NCBI RefSeq assembly: GCF_006345805.1
Contig: NC_043012.1
Span: 34,162,001 to 34,226,000 of the forward strand
Reading direction: 5' to 3'
Length of the DNA: 64,000 bases
Origin: Octopus sinensis
Lineage: Eukaryota
Shown here in pieces: positions 12,901 through 26,929 of the stretch. Position 1 is the stretch's first letter, and every line of letters starts with the position of its first letter. Position numbers and translations under genes: made by a program. The notes beneath the pieces are model-generated. The model ran no database searches. It worked only from the letters and a program-made list of their open reading frames with translations, and was not told where the DNA came from.

Positions 12901-14139
12901 CATGTTTGATTCATTCTCCATTATCTACCGTCAATGCATAGGAAACAGACATGATAATCTGCACAAAACTTGCTGCATACTTCTACAAAACTCAGAATAT
13001 CTGATATGTTTAAGATTTGAACTATCTTCCATCAAAATGTTGAAAGTATCTAAATCTATTCCCCAAGAATGGAAAGTTAACTCAGGTGCGACACAATTCC
13101 AACCAGAATTGTAAGGAAATACACAGCTAGTCAGTGACATTGACCGAAGAGGTGAATTAGACTTTAATTAAATCAGTTCTTTATTTTTTAGTCAGGATTA
13201 TCTAGTGTTTAGCATCTGGTTCTAAACATAGACTTGGAATACCTCCCATCTCACGACAGTAGGTTCTCATTATTTTACAGCATTATTTCTTGCTGGCACA
13301 GATTGGATGGGTCATTTCAATCCAAGTTAGTTCTTATTCAGAGTTACTGTCCATCTAGAAAGATCAGAGGATCAGGTCTCAAAGGTTTCACTTTCAGCTT
13401 GGTTTCTATGGCTAGACACTGTTCCTAACACTAGTCACTTTAAACAATATATGGGACACATTTTATCATGGCACTAGCAATAGATAGGTTGTCATGTCTT
13501 TAACAAGACTAAATGGTCCTACAGACCCTATACTGTTTTCACCTGTTTGCCAATTGCCTGGAACCCCATAAAACTAAAGAGTCCTCACTACACTATGATG
13601 TGTTTGCTCACCCAAGACTACATGGCTGGCTGAAAAAAAAAACATGAATAAAAGAGAAACTGATCTGGATGAGTGAAGAGAGTAAGAGAATGAGAGTAGA
13701 AATTGGGTTATTGGGGCGAGACTGGTAAGGGGTGAGATAGGTGGATAGTAGTAAGAATGACTAATGACTCATTGTACACAATGGGTAATGGTAGAGTGTA
13801 TGAGGTACAAATAGATCTGGTACAATCGAACAGACCTCATAAGGGATGGCATGAATTTGAGGTGGGTTCAATAACATCCATTGTTTATAATGTTATAAAT
13901 AAATGTTTATAACCATCATTGTTTTATCATCCATATTGCCATGCTCACATGGGTTGGACAGAATTCTTGGGGTAGATTTTCTATGGCCCTTCCAGTTGCA
14001 ACCTTCACTTGTTTCTAAGCAAAGTAATATTTCCCATAGTCAAATAGGTTTTTTTTTAAATTAGAAACAAAGGTCATGGCTTGCACGAGGGTGACTCATT
14101 TGCAAATATTACATGATGTCAAGATGAGACTAACACTCA

Positions 14140-14290
14140 CACACGCAAATGGTCTTCTTTCAGTCTCCAACTATCAAATTCACTCACAAGGCTTTGATTG
14201 GCCTGAGGCTGGTAAAAGACACTTGCCCACAGTGCCACACAGAGGGACTGAACACAATGGCAGAGAAGCCACCTCTTAACCACACAGCAA
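14140..14290 (-). mobile_element. SINE family B, 5' part
   Basis: cactcacaaggctttg...cacttgccca..gggactgaac. Confidence 0.75.
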
Positions 14291-14378
14291 CCTAAAATTA
14301 ATTAGGTATCAGTTAATTGGTATTCATATACACATCTGAATATACAAGTTATAACCAATGAGTGGCAACACAACTATT

Positions 14379-14657
14379 ATCATCATCGTTTAACGTCCGC
14401 TTTCCATGCTAGCATGGGTTGGATGATTTTGCCTGAGGGCTGGCGAACCTGTTGGCTGCACCAGGCTTCAATCTTGATCTGGCAGAGTTTCTATGGCTGG
14501 ATACCCTTCCTAACGTCAACCACTCCAAGAGTGTAGTGGGTGCTTTTACATGCCACTGGCACAGGGCCAGTCAGGCGGTACTGGCAACAACCTCGCTCGA
14601 ATCTTTTACACATGCCACCGGCACAGGTACCTGTAAGGTGATGCTGAACAGAAACTA
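14379..14657 (-). mobile_element. SINE family A
   Basis: catcatcgtttaacgtccgctttccatgctagcatggg start, matching other copies. Confidence 0.85.
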
Positions 14658-15140
14658 GAAAGAGTATCAAATTACAACACCTATTGGTATACAGAAACTA
14701 AAAGCATGAATGTGTTTGTCTCCCAGTCTTGACATCAGATGATAGCTGTAAGTGAGCATCACTGTCAGAGGAACAGTATCATTCACTTCTGACCTTCAGT
14801 GAAAATATGTCTAGCCATGGAAGAAATATTAATTGCTTGGAAACAAAGTAAGGGTTGGCAGCAGTAAGCCAGAGAAAAATCTGCCTCAACAAAACCTGCC
14901 TGATCCTTGCAAGCACGGAAAAGTAGAAATAAGAATGATGTTGATAAATCAATCATCAATATATTTTACAATAATAAACAATTTTTTAATAAACACAGAG
15001 ATGTAACAACAGTAATAGCTTGGTATTTAAAAAATATAGCTGCTACAAATATATATAAAAGAGAAAATCAGGATTGTGTAAACAGTTAATTCAATAGGAC
15101 TGAGAAAATAAAGAGAGCAAAAAAGTTGAAAGAGACTTAC

Positions 15141-15242
15141 CTGGGCATCTCTGATTAGAACACTCCATGCCTCAGTATCATAGGGGTATGCAGAAATTCT
15201 TTTCTCAGCTTTCTTTACTTTATCGGGTATGTAACCTATTTC
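15141..15242 (-). CDS. CSTF3: Cleavage stimulation factor subunit 3 (CstF-77), coding exon 2
   Basis: 102-nt exon bounded by tttag| and |gtaagt, phase 0/0. Translates to [34 protein letters not shown], aligning with human CstF-77 [34 protein letters not shown] (human sequence from memory). Confidence 0.95.
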
Positions 15243-15899
15243 CTAAAGTGGAAAACATAACATTTGAATAAGTCAATTCCCAAATAATAAAACACATCAA
15301 ATAGTATATATAAAAAAAGAAAAAAACCCTAACAACTACTTTGCAACAAGTATATGCAATATTTTCCAAACATGTACATACAGATATATGAAAATAAATC
15401 CTTTTTGCTAATAACTTTTTTAACAATAGAAATATAATTAATCTTTCGTACATATTTTGAAACAAAAGAAAACCATTTAACAATGTATGACAATTTTTTG
15501 TATGTGCATGAGTGTGTGTATATACATAAATAGATACATATTTATACATGCAGGCATGTACACATACACACACAAACGTACAAATACATATACACATGTT
15601 TGTGTTGTGTGCAAACATCATCATCATCATTTAACATCCGTGTTCTATGCTGGAATGGGCTTGATGATTTGACAGGATCTAATAACCTAAATCATACTTC
15701 AGTGTCAGCAGCTTTGATATGGCTTTTACACCAAATGCCCTTCTTAACACAAATATATATGTGCATGTACACACACACACAGATATATATACATACAGTC
15801 GTACATACATTACAGCTATAGGATGTCACACTGGCACTTAACTCTGGATGCACAGTTCTTTATATCCAAAACAGCTGTAAGCTAATGAAGGTGGTTGAC

Positions 15900-16060
15900 T
15901 ATGCAACTCCTAGTTGGTCATACATTTAAGGAACTTGCTTCCCAATCACTTGGTTACAGGTTCAGTCCCACTACATATTATGAGTCTTCCACTATAGCCC
16001 TGAGCTGACCAAAGCCTTGTGAAGGGATTTAGCAGATGGAAACTGAAAAAAAAAAAACTT
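15900..16060 (+). mobile_element. SINE family B, 5' part
   Basis: ggttcagtcccac...accaaagccttgtg...ggaaactga. Confidence 0.7.
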
Positions 16061-16181
16061 TGTGTGTGTGTGTGTGTGTGTGTGTCTCTCTCTCTCTCTC
16101 CTTGTATCAACCTTGCATCAAAGTTGTAAACAAATATTATTGTCATGCAAGCAGTATCATTCATTTCTAATAGACTGCAAA

Positions 16182-16402
16182 CAAGAACAGACAAAGGGAT
16201 TAAGTCAATTATATAGACCCCAGTGGGAAACTGGTACTTTATTTATTCTGAAAGGAAGGTAAAGTCGACCTCAATGAATTCAAATTCCGCCGAGGTCGAC
16301 TTTGCCTTACATCCTTTCGGGGTCGATGTAATCGACTTAATCCCTTTGTCTGTTCTTGTTTGTCCCCTCTATGTTTAGCCCCTTGTGGGCAGTAAAGAAA
16401 TA
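16182..16402. mobile_element. Fold-back pair of SINE family C segments flanked by a 20-bp duplication
   Basis: Inverted segment 16182-16275 plus forward segment 16279-16402. Flanks are catttctaatagactgcaaa (16162-16181) and catttctaataggctgcaaa (16403-16422). Confidence 0.75.
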
Positions 16403-17059
16403 CATTTCTAATAGGCTGCAAAAAACACACCTGTCCATGGAGAAATATTACCCTGCTAGGAAACAGGTGGAGGCTGGTGACAGGAATGGTATCCAGCCAT
16501 AGAAAATCTACCTCAATGAACTAACTCATGCAAGCATGGAAAAGTATAAGGTATGTATATTAGAGTTGAGATTTCAGTTATTTTTATTTTTATCCTTCAC
16601 AATCCAATAAATCAATATCACAGTCTGTGTTCAAAGTAATTTCTTTTTATGTTGTCTCTGTAAAGACCATTGTTTTTATTATTATTAATTAATCAGTGGA
16701 AGGAGGAGTGACAGATTGTCCTACACTAGTGAGATTGGTGTGGTTGATTGATGATCAATTTAATAATCTGAACGTCAATGTCTACAGATAAAAACCAGAT
16801 TAAATGTAGGCTATTAAGAACCAATAAAATAGTCCTTTCTTTAAGTATGGTCTGTTTGCATGGAGCAACTCTACCGCATGTATGTAATACTACAATGAAG
16901 AGTTAGTAACTGATCAGAGCTGGGATATTTTTTGGCCAAAAACAAGAAACCTCAGCTCTGTGATGCAGTTTTGGCAAAATTTTGTGATGCCTAACTGATA
17001 CAGAAACACTTTGAAGGTCTGCCAAACTCATGTCCAAATCAATCTTTAAAGCACCTCCC

Positions 17060-17640
17060 ACAAAATCTGGGGCAATAGAATGGGAGCTACAAAGAAGCCA
17101 TTAGCCTAATGAACTATACTGCAAAAATCTTGTTAGAAATAGATCCCGAAATAGAATCAAGCCGGAGATATCAGAAGCACAATGTGAATTTGTTGAGGGT
17201 AAAAGAACAGCTACTGTCATGTACTTTGAAGTACATCATTGAAAAAGTAATTGAAATACAAGACCTGTACCTAAGTTTCATGAATTGCACAAAAGTATTT
17301 GAACAAGTATGCCATGAAGAAGTCACTACACTGTTAGACAATATAAATCCAGAAGGGAAAAGACTTAGGAATAATCGGAAATATCTGTTTGGCAACAAAC
17401 AGCAGCAATCAGAATTGGAAATGAAATTGAGAGGAAATCAAAAGAGTATAACAAGGAACTTAGATATTACTAGGCAATTTTCCACTATACGGTTAAGTAA
17501 TTATGTGATCTAATGAACCTCAACCAGATTTAGAGAGGACAAAATTTCAATATTGGTATACAGCTGATGACAGTCTTCGTAGAAAAAGCAAAGGAAGATC
17601 TACAAATGTTAGCACTATTAATGATAAAAAGATGTTTCTA
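17060..17640 (+). pseudogene. Decayed RTE (BovB-like) LINE reverse transcriptase fragment
   Basis: TLKYIIEKVIEIQDLYLSFMNCTKVFEQVCHEEVTTLLDNINPEGKRLR resembles RTE ...ERAIEVQKDLYLCFIDYTKAFDKVRHEEL... Confidence 0.75.
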
Positions 17641-17998
17641 GATTTACCACTTATTCTCAAAGTACAAATTCAAATTAATTATAATTGTATAGCATGAAAA
17701 TGTTTAAAAGCAAAAAGTTTGACACTTTCATAAATCTTTGATTATATCAATATATCAAGCCATGAAAACTCAGAGTAACCTCTTCTCTCTCAATTTTTGT
17801 TTTTAATTTTATTTGCAAGAGTTCATCCTTAGCCTCATCTTTTACAAACACCAATGAAGGAACCTCTCTGTAATCACCCAGTCTGCTGGAAACAGCAATC
17901 AAATTCACACTCTAACCACTGAGACAAGGTTAAACAACAACGTAATCAGGTTTGGCAGCTATAACTACTATCAAGTGTAAGGCATGTGCTTGTCAGTA

Positions 17999-18222
17999 AT
18001 TAACCCTTCTGTTACCATATTTCTATTGAAATAACACTGATTTTGTTTCAGTTGATTTTTGAAAATAACGAATTTAGTAAAATAATTTTATTATTAAGAT
18101 GGTTTGAAACATTAAATTTTGATGGAAGGCTGAAGGTTTTAATTTAGATAACTTTCAAAAAGGAAGTTGACATCATACAACCAAAGACGAACTCAAGCAG
18201 TTTGACATCAAAAAAGTTAAAT
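17999..18222. mobile_element. Old piggyBac-like MITE
   Basis: ttaacccttc...aaaaaagttaa ends; interior resembles the 31904 family. Confidence 0.5.
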
Positions 18223-19189
18223 TGCAACAACTCATATCTCGACATTCTTTAGTTCATAAAAATTAAATAAAAACTAAAAGTTTAAATATTTAGAAAAACA
18301 AATTTTAGAATTAAGTATGGGGAAAAAGGGAATTAGCCTCAGGATAAATTGTAAGACTCAATTCCATTTCCTTTGGCTTTCTTTATGGTTTAGAGAGAGA
18401 ATATTTATAATAAAAAAGTATAAAGTACATAATGGTTTTGTATAATTTTTGAAGAGTAAATTGCTTGTCTAAATATTTGGTAAGATTATTTAGACCTTGC
18501 TTAACCCCTGATCTCCAAAGGCGTTCTAGATGTGACCATTCTTTTTCATTCTATTTTTGCAAGTATAGTGTATTTTAGGACTATATTATTCAATGCATTT
18601 TTATATCATAAATAGAAGAATACAATACAAGAGATGCAGCACAAAGTTTTGTCAGTGAACAGGTCCTGGTCTCAAAGCGACGAAAATATTTTGACAAATT
18701 AAACTTAAATTTTGAAGTGAATCTAACGGTTTTTGTGTGTTTCTTAAATGGCTAATAAACACCTTCCACGCTGCAATTGTTTTCGTTCCAGCACACGATC
18801 TCAGATCAAGTCACTCGCTATGCAAGTACATCTCCGTAAATACAATTCAACTGTTCTTTAAATGCGTATAGCAGCTCATTTTGATGATTTCAGACAGTGA
18901 ATGAGTATTACAGAAATAATCAGGATAGCTAATAAAATTCAATAGAGGTTGAGAACTAAGGAAAGTTGATTTTACTTTTTACTTCTTTAACAGAAAATAT
19001 GAGAAAGATGTAAACAGTTTTGAAACTAAAATATCTTAAGATATAATTTGTTACTTCCTAAGGCAATCTGCTTGTAATCTGTTGAAAATGTATCATCTGT
19101 CGCTGTTCATTAAATAATAACAAGACCCAAGTAGTTACATGGTAAAAAATATTTTACAAAACAATCATGCTCCATTACTAGTGCCAGAG

Positions 19190-19523
19190 CGGCTATCTGG
19201 CCTCCGTGCCGGTGGCACGTAAAAGAGACCATTCAAGCATGATCGTTACCAGCATCACCTTACTGGCACCCGCGCCGGTGGCATGTGTAAAAGATTCGAG
19301 CGAGGTCATTGCCAGTGCCGCCCGACTGGCCCCGTGCAGGTGGCATGTAAAAGCACCCACTACACTCTCGGAGTGGTTGGTGTTAGGAAGGGCATCCAGC
19401 TATAGAAACTCTGCCAGATCAAGATTGAAGCCTGGTGCGGCCATCTGGTTCGCCAGCCCTCAGTCATACGCCCAACCCATGCTAGCATGGAAAGCGGACG
19501 TTAAGTGATGATGATGATGATGA
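19190..19523 (+). mobile_element. SINE family A
   Basis: Internal gtgccggtggcacgtaaaag units and a (gat)n tail. Confidence 0.85.
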
Positions 19524-20429
19524 TTGGCATAAATGATTATATCTAATCTGGTACTGAAAAACTGATTTAACTCAGGAAAAAGCAATAAGGAAATATAGCT
19601 ATCAGTTGAACAAATTTTTAAAAATCAAAAATAATTTGATTCTAAGTCTGAAAAGTTTTATCAAAAGCAAATAAAGTTAAAAAAGATCTTTTGGAAAGAA
19701 AATAGGAACAAGCTACAAAACCATTATCACCCATAATAATGTTTATATTGGGGGGGGGGGGAGACAGCATTTGTTTTTACAAGATTTTTTTTTCAAGTAA
19801 AATTCAAAATTAAATACATAATTGCAATTATTTGTGTTTCATATTCTTGATAAAAATGAAAATCCAAACAAAGTATTTTCTCTTTATTTTTTAATTCCAG
19901 CAATTTACTGTTTTTAACTACTACTACCACTATTACTACCAGATATAACTATTGCAGTAATAGGTTGGTTACTCTGAACAACAACACATTAAATTATCAA
20001 CATGTGTTAACACTAGAATTACCGTTTACATTCCAGCTTTCAGACACCAGCTATTCGCCCATTAGTTCTCTCTAATCTATTCAAATCAAATCTAACTACA
20101 TCTAAAAATAGAGTAACTTTTGTTGCCAGAATTATGCTTTTAGTATTTAATAAAATGTCACAAATAAAATTTTCATTACAGTGCAACAACCAAAGCATGT
20201 AGCACTACATATATAAAAAAGGAACTATGGAAAAGATTTAAAACATATGTGAGTCATGATTGTTCACCAAATTTCACTGACAAAACTTTGGCCAACCAGA
20301 GGCTATGATGGAAAATGGTCAACAAAGGTGCCATGCAGTGTACTGAATTCAAAACCATGTCAACATGAAGTATATAACCATTTGATTTGAAGTACCAAAC
20401 ACAAACTTAGGAAATCATCATTTATCACA

Positions 20430-20593
20430 CCTAGCACCCACTACACTCACGGAGTGGTTGACGTTAGGAAGGGCATCCAATCGTAGAAACTGCCAGATCA
20501 AGATTGGACCTGGTGCAGACTTCTGGCTTCCCAGACCCCAGTTGAACCGCCCAACCCATGCTAGCATGGAAAGCAGACGTTAGATGATGATGA
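20430..20593 (+). mobile_element. SINE family A, 5'-truncated
   Basis: cacccactacactc..ttaggaagggcatcc..gatgatga. Confidence 0.8.
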
Positions 20594-21497
20594 ATATCTT
20601 GAAATATTTTTATCTTCAATTAAAGACAGTGTTTAAATTACTATTTATAAGAATTTTTTTTCACAAACTTATGGAAATGAATCTTCAAATAGAAATACAA
20701 CGCACAACATAATTAGGTTTTGAATTTGGTCCTAAATTCTAACAGCATCATCATTACTTAACATCCTTGTTCCATGCAGGCATGGGTTGTTTGAAGAGAT
20801 CTGATGGAGCCAAGGATTTCATCATGCTCTCATATGGCTTCTACTGCTGGATGCACTTCCAAATGCCAGCATGTACTGGATGCTTTTTTCTTTTGTGCCA
20901 CCAACACTACTGAGGTTACCATGCAGCTTGCAAGAATGGACCTCAAAGAAGGGGAGGGGCAGTTTGATATTAGAGGATGATGAGAGGTTACAGTATGAGA
21001 GAATGCGCAGGGGTGGAGGGGGAAAGAACAGGTTCTTGAAGAAGAGCTGCATGATCACTAACAATTTTAATAAAATCCTACAAAAAAAGGATAAGTTAAG
21101 GCTAATTGAGAAAAGTTAGGCTTCACAGAGATCACTGGAGATGGATTGATATGTAGGTAAGCCCATCAAATGGAAGGAAAGGGAAACTAAAAGACAAAAG
21201 TTCATCACCATCTCCAGTCACCTGCAAAAGATGACAATCCTTGTTACCCAACAAAAAAAGTTACATACTACTGAGAGGTGAATATAACAGTGAATGGATC
21301 CATCACATACCAACAAATACATTTATAACCTTCCAATAAAACATATTCATCAACACAACTATCTCACCAAATACTAACAAGAAAACTAGTATTCTCATAG
21401 AGAGTAAGCTACATGAAGCTAGTGATGAGAGATGGTAAGCAGCCTTTGTAGGTTTCTCCCATCTCAAGTAAAATGTTGTACCAATAGGTCTCATTAA

Positions 21498-21945
21498 CCC
21501 TTTTGATACCAACCCGGCAAAAACCAGCTCTGGCTCTGTGGTAAAATGTCTTGTTTTCATAAAGTTTTGAATTAACCCTTTCATTACTGTATCTATTTTG
21601 AGATGCTCTGTGTTTCTTCCAAATTATTTTAAATATAACAAAAGAATTTAGTAAAATAAGATCGTCATCATTAAGCTAGTGTTAGGAACATAAATTGTGA
21701 CTAAGATTTGGTGGAAGATTTTAATTCAAAACTTATGAAAACAAGACATTTATACTAAAGAGCCAGAGCCAGTTTCAGCCGGGTTGGTAACGAAAGGGTT
21801 AAAATTTTCCACCAAACCTTAGTAACAATTTATGTTCCTAACACTAGCTGAATGATAACGAAGTTATTTTACTAAATTCATTTTTATATTTAAAATAGTT
21901 GAAAGAAACACACAGCATCTCAAAATAAATACAATAACGAATGGG
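21498..21945. mobile_element. piggyBac-like MITE with an inverted copy of the same family (21576-21798) nested at its internal TTAA
   Basis: TTAA at 21494-21497, 21572-21575, 21799-21802 and 21946-21949; CCC...GGG termini. An uninterrupted copy lies at 31904-32124. Confidence 0.85.
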
Positions 21946-22174
21946 TTAAATACTTATTGAGTCAATGTTTCTGTAAGAATGTTCTCATACTTTACTTTTA
22001 TTAAGTCTATTGATGTGACTATGGATAAATTGAAGGATACCACTGGTTTCACAGTGACATACATTTACAACTATTATTCCATGTCAAGACTAGGAGAAGA
22101 AAACATGCCCACAAACACACATTTATATAAAAATATGATGCATAGCTGTGTTGTTAAGTAGCTGGCTTCCTAAC

Positions 22175-22345
22175 CAGGTGCAGGCAAGGCTGTGTGGTTA
22201 ACTAGTTCACTTCTCAACCTCATGGTTCCAGGTTCAATAGGAATGCATGGCAGCTTGGGCAAGTGTCTTCTAGTATAGCTCCAAGCAAACCAAAGCCTTG
22301 TGAGTAGACTTGACAGATGGAAACAGAAAGAAGCCCAACACACAC
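22175..22345 (+). mobile_element. SINE family B, 5' part
   Basis: ggctgtgtggtt..ggttca..ttgggcaagtgtcttc..aaagaagccc. Confidence 0.75.
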
Positions 22346-22529
22346 GCACTACGTTTATTAGCAACAGCAGCAGTATTAATACCAAGAGGTAATATTTATC
22401 CCCACTTAAATGTGGATGTTCTGTTAGAACAAACTATACTGCGGTAGTTATCATGAAAGAAACTCTATTGGTTTTTGGTGCAAAATGCACTCGTTTATAT
22501 CACTAGTGGGGATATATATATATATATAC

Positions 22530-23640
22530 GCCGTAAAAACTGATGTAATTTATGCACTTTTTTTTTCGCAAAAACAAAAATAAACTTAAGGGGGCGCATA
22601 AATTACATGAGTAGATTGTTTCCAGAATTTTGGGGGAATTTTTTTTGTTGCTGAAAAATGACGTACAAAAGTAAACATTTGTATGGAAAGTTAATTCATT
22701 TAATGTCAGAATAGGTTTTTACAGAAAGAATATAATGAAGTTGACTTATATTTATGCTAGACGGTATAATGCTTGCTTTTTCTATATAAATTTATTAAAA
22801 TCATTAAATGGTTAACTACTTTTTGAAGTCTGACATTCATACTGGTAATCACGGTCTGGGCCATATTTTACATTGCTTGGAGTTTCTAACCATTGCACTG
22901 GAGCCCAGCTATTTCCTTAAAGAGATCAGTTTTTCTCCACTTACGAAGTCTAGCTTGCATTTGCCTCCAGGAAGCTATTCGATTTCTCCACGTTAGGACA
23001 ATGAAATTCATCACCACTACCAGCTCTTACTGCATCTAACGCTGACAACAACATAATTCATCCTTGCACATGTCAACTCACTAAGTGAATATGACTTAGC
23101 ATTCCTACAGAAACCTTCATTTACCTTATACAATGATTAATGTTGTTTCACATTCATGTTGAATTATGCAGCAATCTTATGTTCTCTTCATAAAGCACTT
23201 GTATGAACTGGTATGTATTACCAGTTCTTTTGGTTAAGTAGATTTTTGCTATTCTTGTTTATGTCTCTTCAAAGACATGTATATTCTAATTCTAACAAGT
23301 CACTTCTTAAATTTCGCACCTCTCTTATTCAATAAGCAACAAGTTCAACTTGTAAAGCTGTTTATTTTAGCAGGTTACCAAACTATCAGTTTGATCTCCC
23401 AGCTAAAATGGTAACAACTTTCTAAGTTCGCTTGACATTTTATAAGTGTGAAAGGGATTAAAATTTCAATACCCTGTATCAAAGGTTCTGACAAGAATAG
23501 GCAGAAAATCAGAGCTTGAGACGAGAAGACACTTTCGACCAATCAGAATTCTGTTTACGTAATTAGTTTGAGCAGTCACCTTCTTTTGTCAGTTGAGTAA
23601 AGTGTCATCCAAGCTGATCTTTATTGGTAATTAAACTTAT
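22530..23640 (-). mobile_element. Possible decayed DNA transposon (pogo/Tc1-like remnant)
   Basis: TA-run boundary at about 22528 and a short minus-strand peptide (...RLRKWRKTDL...) loosely like a pogo HTH. Weak. Confidence 0.25.
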
Positions 23641-24009
23641 TTTGCAACACTTATGCATATTTATCAGCTTTGTTTCTGTTGATCAGAATTATCAACAACT
23701 TTTCCTGTGATCTTGATTTGAGAAGACATACAGAAGTATACTAAAGATCGGACATAATCTCTTGTGGGCAAGAAATTTTATTATAAACAACACAAACACT
23801 TTGTAATTCTATAGCTTTTAATGTAATACCTGTTAAACAGAAATTATTTAATGAAAATTTAATAAAATCTTATAAGTGAAATTATGTTAAATTCAACTAA
23901 ATTGAAAACCTTTTCAATTTGGAACAAGAAGGGCATCCAGCCATAGAAAAATCATCCTTAACAAATTCTGTCTGATCCAAGCAAGTACGGAAAGGTGAAT
24001 GTTATGATG

Positions 24010-24165
24010 ACAGGCTTCTTTTAGTTTCCATGTACCAAATCCACTCATAAACCTTTAGTTGGTTCAGGGCTATAGCAGAAAACACTTCCCCGAGGTGCCA
24101 CATGATGGGACTGAACCAGGAAACACATAGTTGGGAAGTGAACTTCTTAACTATACAGCTATATC
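24010..24165 (-). mobile_element. SINE family B, 5' part
   Basis: ccaaatccactca..gggactgaacc. Confidence 0.7.
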
Positions 24166-26154
24166 TGAATGGTGCAAACAGCTGATCTTTTAATTAAGTC
24201 AATTACAACAAATGCTTTGTTTTTTTATACGATTAACAGATTTTTTTTTAAATAAATAAATATTAAAAAAATCACTTTCTGCACTGAATCCATCTTTGTT
24301 GACAAGGCATTTAATTGAAATGCAGATCAATAAAGATCAATACTTCTATATTGACGTTTCTACTGATTCCATCAGAATGGATATCAAAGTGAAGCCTATT
24401 AACCTGTAACATCAAGTTAAATATTATGTTTCAATTATTGAGATATTAACTCTTTAAGATTGACATTCTACACACATTTCAGATGTTGTCAGTAATAGTT
24501 ACTCTAGTATACACGACAAATCTGCCTCTATAAAGAAAACAATAACAACCAACAGGACTTCATTTCATTTTTTTTTTTCATTTCATCTAGTTTTAGCTCA
24601 CGAGCTGTGGCCATGCTGGGGCACCGCCATTCGGTGTTGCTACATGATTTTACTTCACGAATGCTTTTTAGCAATTGACATTTGGTGCATGAGAGACTTC
24701 TGGATTTATCTCACATAAATACACACACATACACGAGATACTGTGAGTATCCCAGTTTTTAAGACAGGTACACTGTATCCATGTAGTATGAAGTAACTAA
24801 GAGGGTTGGTATCAAGTTGTTAACTACTATCTCATAAAAGTTCTGTTCAACCACTATAGAAAAGGCATAGAAAATTAAAAACAATTTTATGATAATCAAA
24901 TTATCTTTCAAAAGCAGGATCAGCTAACAATTGAGGAAAGCAAAAAAAAAAAGCCAGAGAGACAACTGATAGGCCATTCTCAGCCAACTTCAGGAATACA
25001 GAAGTGAGAAACAATCTGAAAAAGTGTCAAAGGCCAATACACATCAATTTGTGCAACAAGACCTGCCATATATGCAACGTTGTTTTGAAAGCTCTGTGGC
25101 ATGTGACATTCTGTAGCTAACACAGTTATTGAACTGAGTAGTAATAAATAGCTGTGGATAAATGACTCATAATAAAGTAATCAAGCTAAGTATAAATCCA
25201 AGGTCGGGATTAGCATTATATTAATGTGGATGCCAAGATCCAGAGAAGCAGGCACTAATGCTGCTCTCCTCTCGGCTCTCTGTTATCCTATTTCATCGAA
25301 AAGTTATTTGAATGAATTTAATTAGAAAATATATGCTTCATTATACATTCTCTCTGTTAATTTGTCAGTATTTATAATATTAAAAGTAACAGATTTACTG
25401 ATGGATTCAGATAAAAATAACACGACCATAAAACAAGTATGATTAAATGGTTTGATGTGGGTTGCACTGACTGCTTATCACTTTCATTAATATGCACCTA
25501 GTTGTATAAATAACAACATTATCTCAACAAATGAGTTATGTGATCACTCAAACAGCTATTAATAGCAGCAAAATTTCTTGTATATTACACCTTGCTGTTT
25601 AAATAAAAACAAGAAGAAAGGACACAAACAATGCAGTTCCTGATATACAAAAGACAGGCTGGTCACAGACTTTTATCACAGGTCTATTCACTCAGAACTG
25701 ACCTAGAGCTAAACAACAGCACCAGCTGTTTGTGCAAGTGAATTTGACTCAAATACTAACCCAAATAAGGAATAGAATCAATCTAGAAATGATACAGCTA
25801 AACCAGTTAGAAAATATACAGAAAGCAGTTTTTTATACAATTTTCTGAGAAAAAATGTTGAATTGTTTGTTTAGAGCGGCAGAATGTTGAAGAAACGGAA
25901 ATGACATATGGTTAAATTTACAAATAAACTTTCTAAGACATCACTTATCTGTTCATATAAACTTTGAAAATATTCAATTTTTTTTTAACAAAGAGGCATT
26001 CTAAGAATAACAGAAATAAGACATTGGGTTTTGGGACAGAGTTTATGGACTCCATAATTGCCTGAGGTTTGTGTGTACCCTGTAGGTTTATGCAATACCA
26101 ATGGAATGATAGATTCTAAAACCACTAGCTCATAAGTCAACACATAAAATATTT

Positions 26155-26385
26155 ATTTCTTTACTACCCACAAGGGACTAAACACAGAGGGGACAAACAA
26201 GGACAGAGAAACGGATTAAGTCGATTACATCGACCCCAGTGCGTAACTGGTACTTAATTTATCGACCCCGAAAGGATGAAAGGCAAAGTCGGCCTCGGCG
26301 GAATTTGAACTCAGAACATAGCGGCAGACAAAATACCGCTTAGCATTTCGCCCGGTGTGCTAACATTTCTGCCAGCTCGCCGCCA
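26155..26385 (-). mobile_element. SINE family C, full length (tRNA-like head)
   Basis: Minus strand ggcggcgagctggcaga...gagttcaaattccgccgag..gcctttcatcctttcggggtcgataaattaagtacc...gtagtaaagaaata. Confidence 0.9.
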
Positions 26386-26929
26386 TAAAATATCATTGGA
26401 AACTTAATTCTCTCCAGAGAATACAGACCAACAACTGGGGCTTTACGCAGCAGTATGAATCAGGAAGCTAATGAGTAAAACAGCTGCTGATTCCTAAAAC
26501 TCTGTACATGATTATACATATAGTATTATTAGCAGCAGCAGCATCAAACAGTAATATCATTTTGGAACGAAAGCAGGCTGAACAGTGAACTGGAAACAGT
26601 TTCAATATTGACCTCTCAACCTAAAGTGTACATCAGACTATACAGGAAGGAAAAGGAAGCTTGGAAGATGAATACAGCCAAAAATATAATGAACAAAGCA
26701 GACCAAATGCTGAACAACTTAATAAATCACAAAATAAAAAAAAAAATCAGTGAAAATACAAAACAAAAGTATAGAACTAAAAGAGTTAATAGTTGTATGT
26801 TTAATAGGATTTTGGTGCTTTCTACGACTTCTAGTAGGACAAAACTGTTTATACTCCATCATCATCATCATTTAAAGTCAGTTTTTCCATGCTGGCATGG
26901 GTTGGACAGTTTGACTGAAAACTGATAAG

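Noticed and set aside
26330-26385. tRNA-like sequence in SINE heads (also in family B copies)
   Set aside because: These are SINE 5' domains with A/B boxes, not full cloverleaf tRNA genes.
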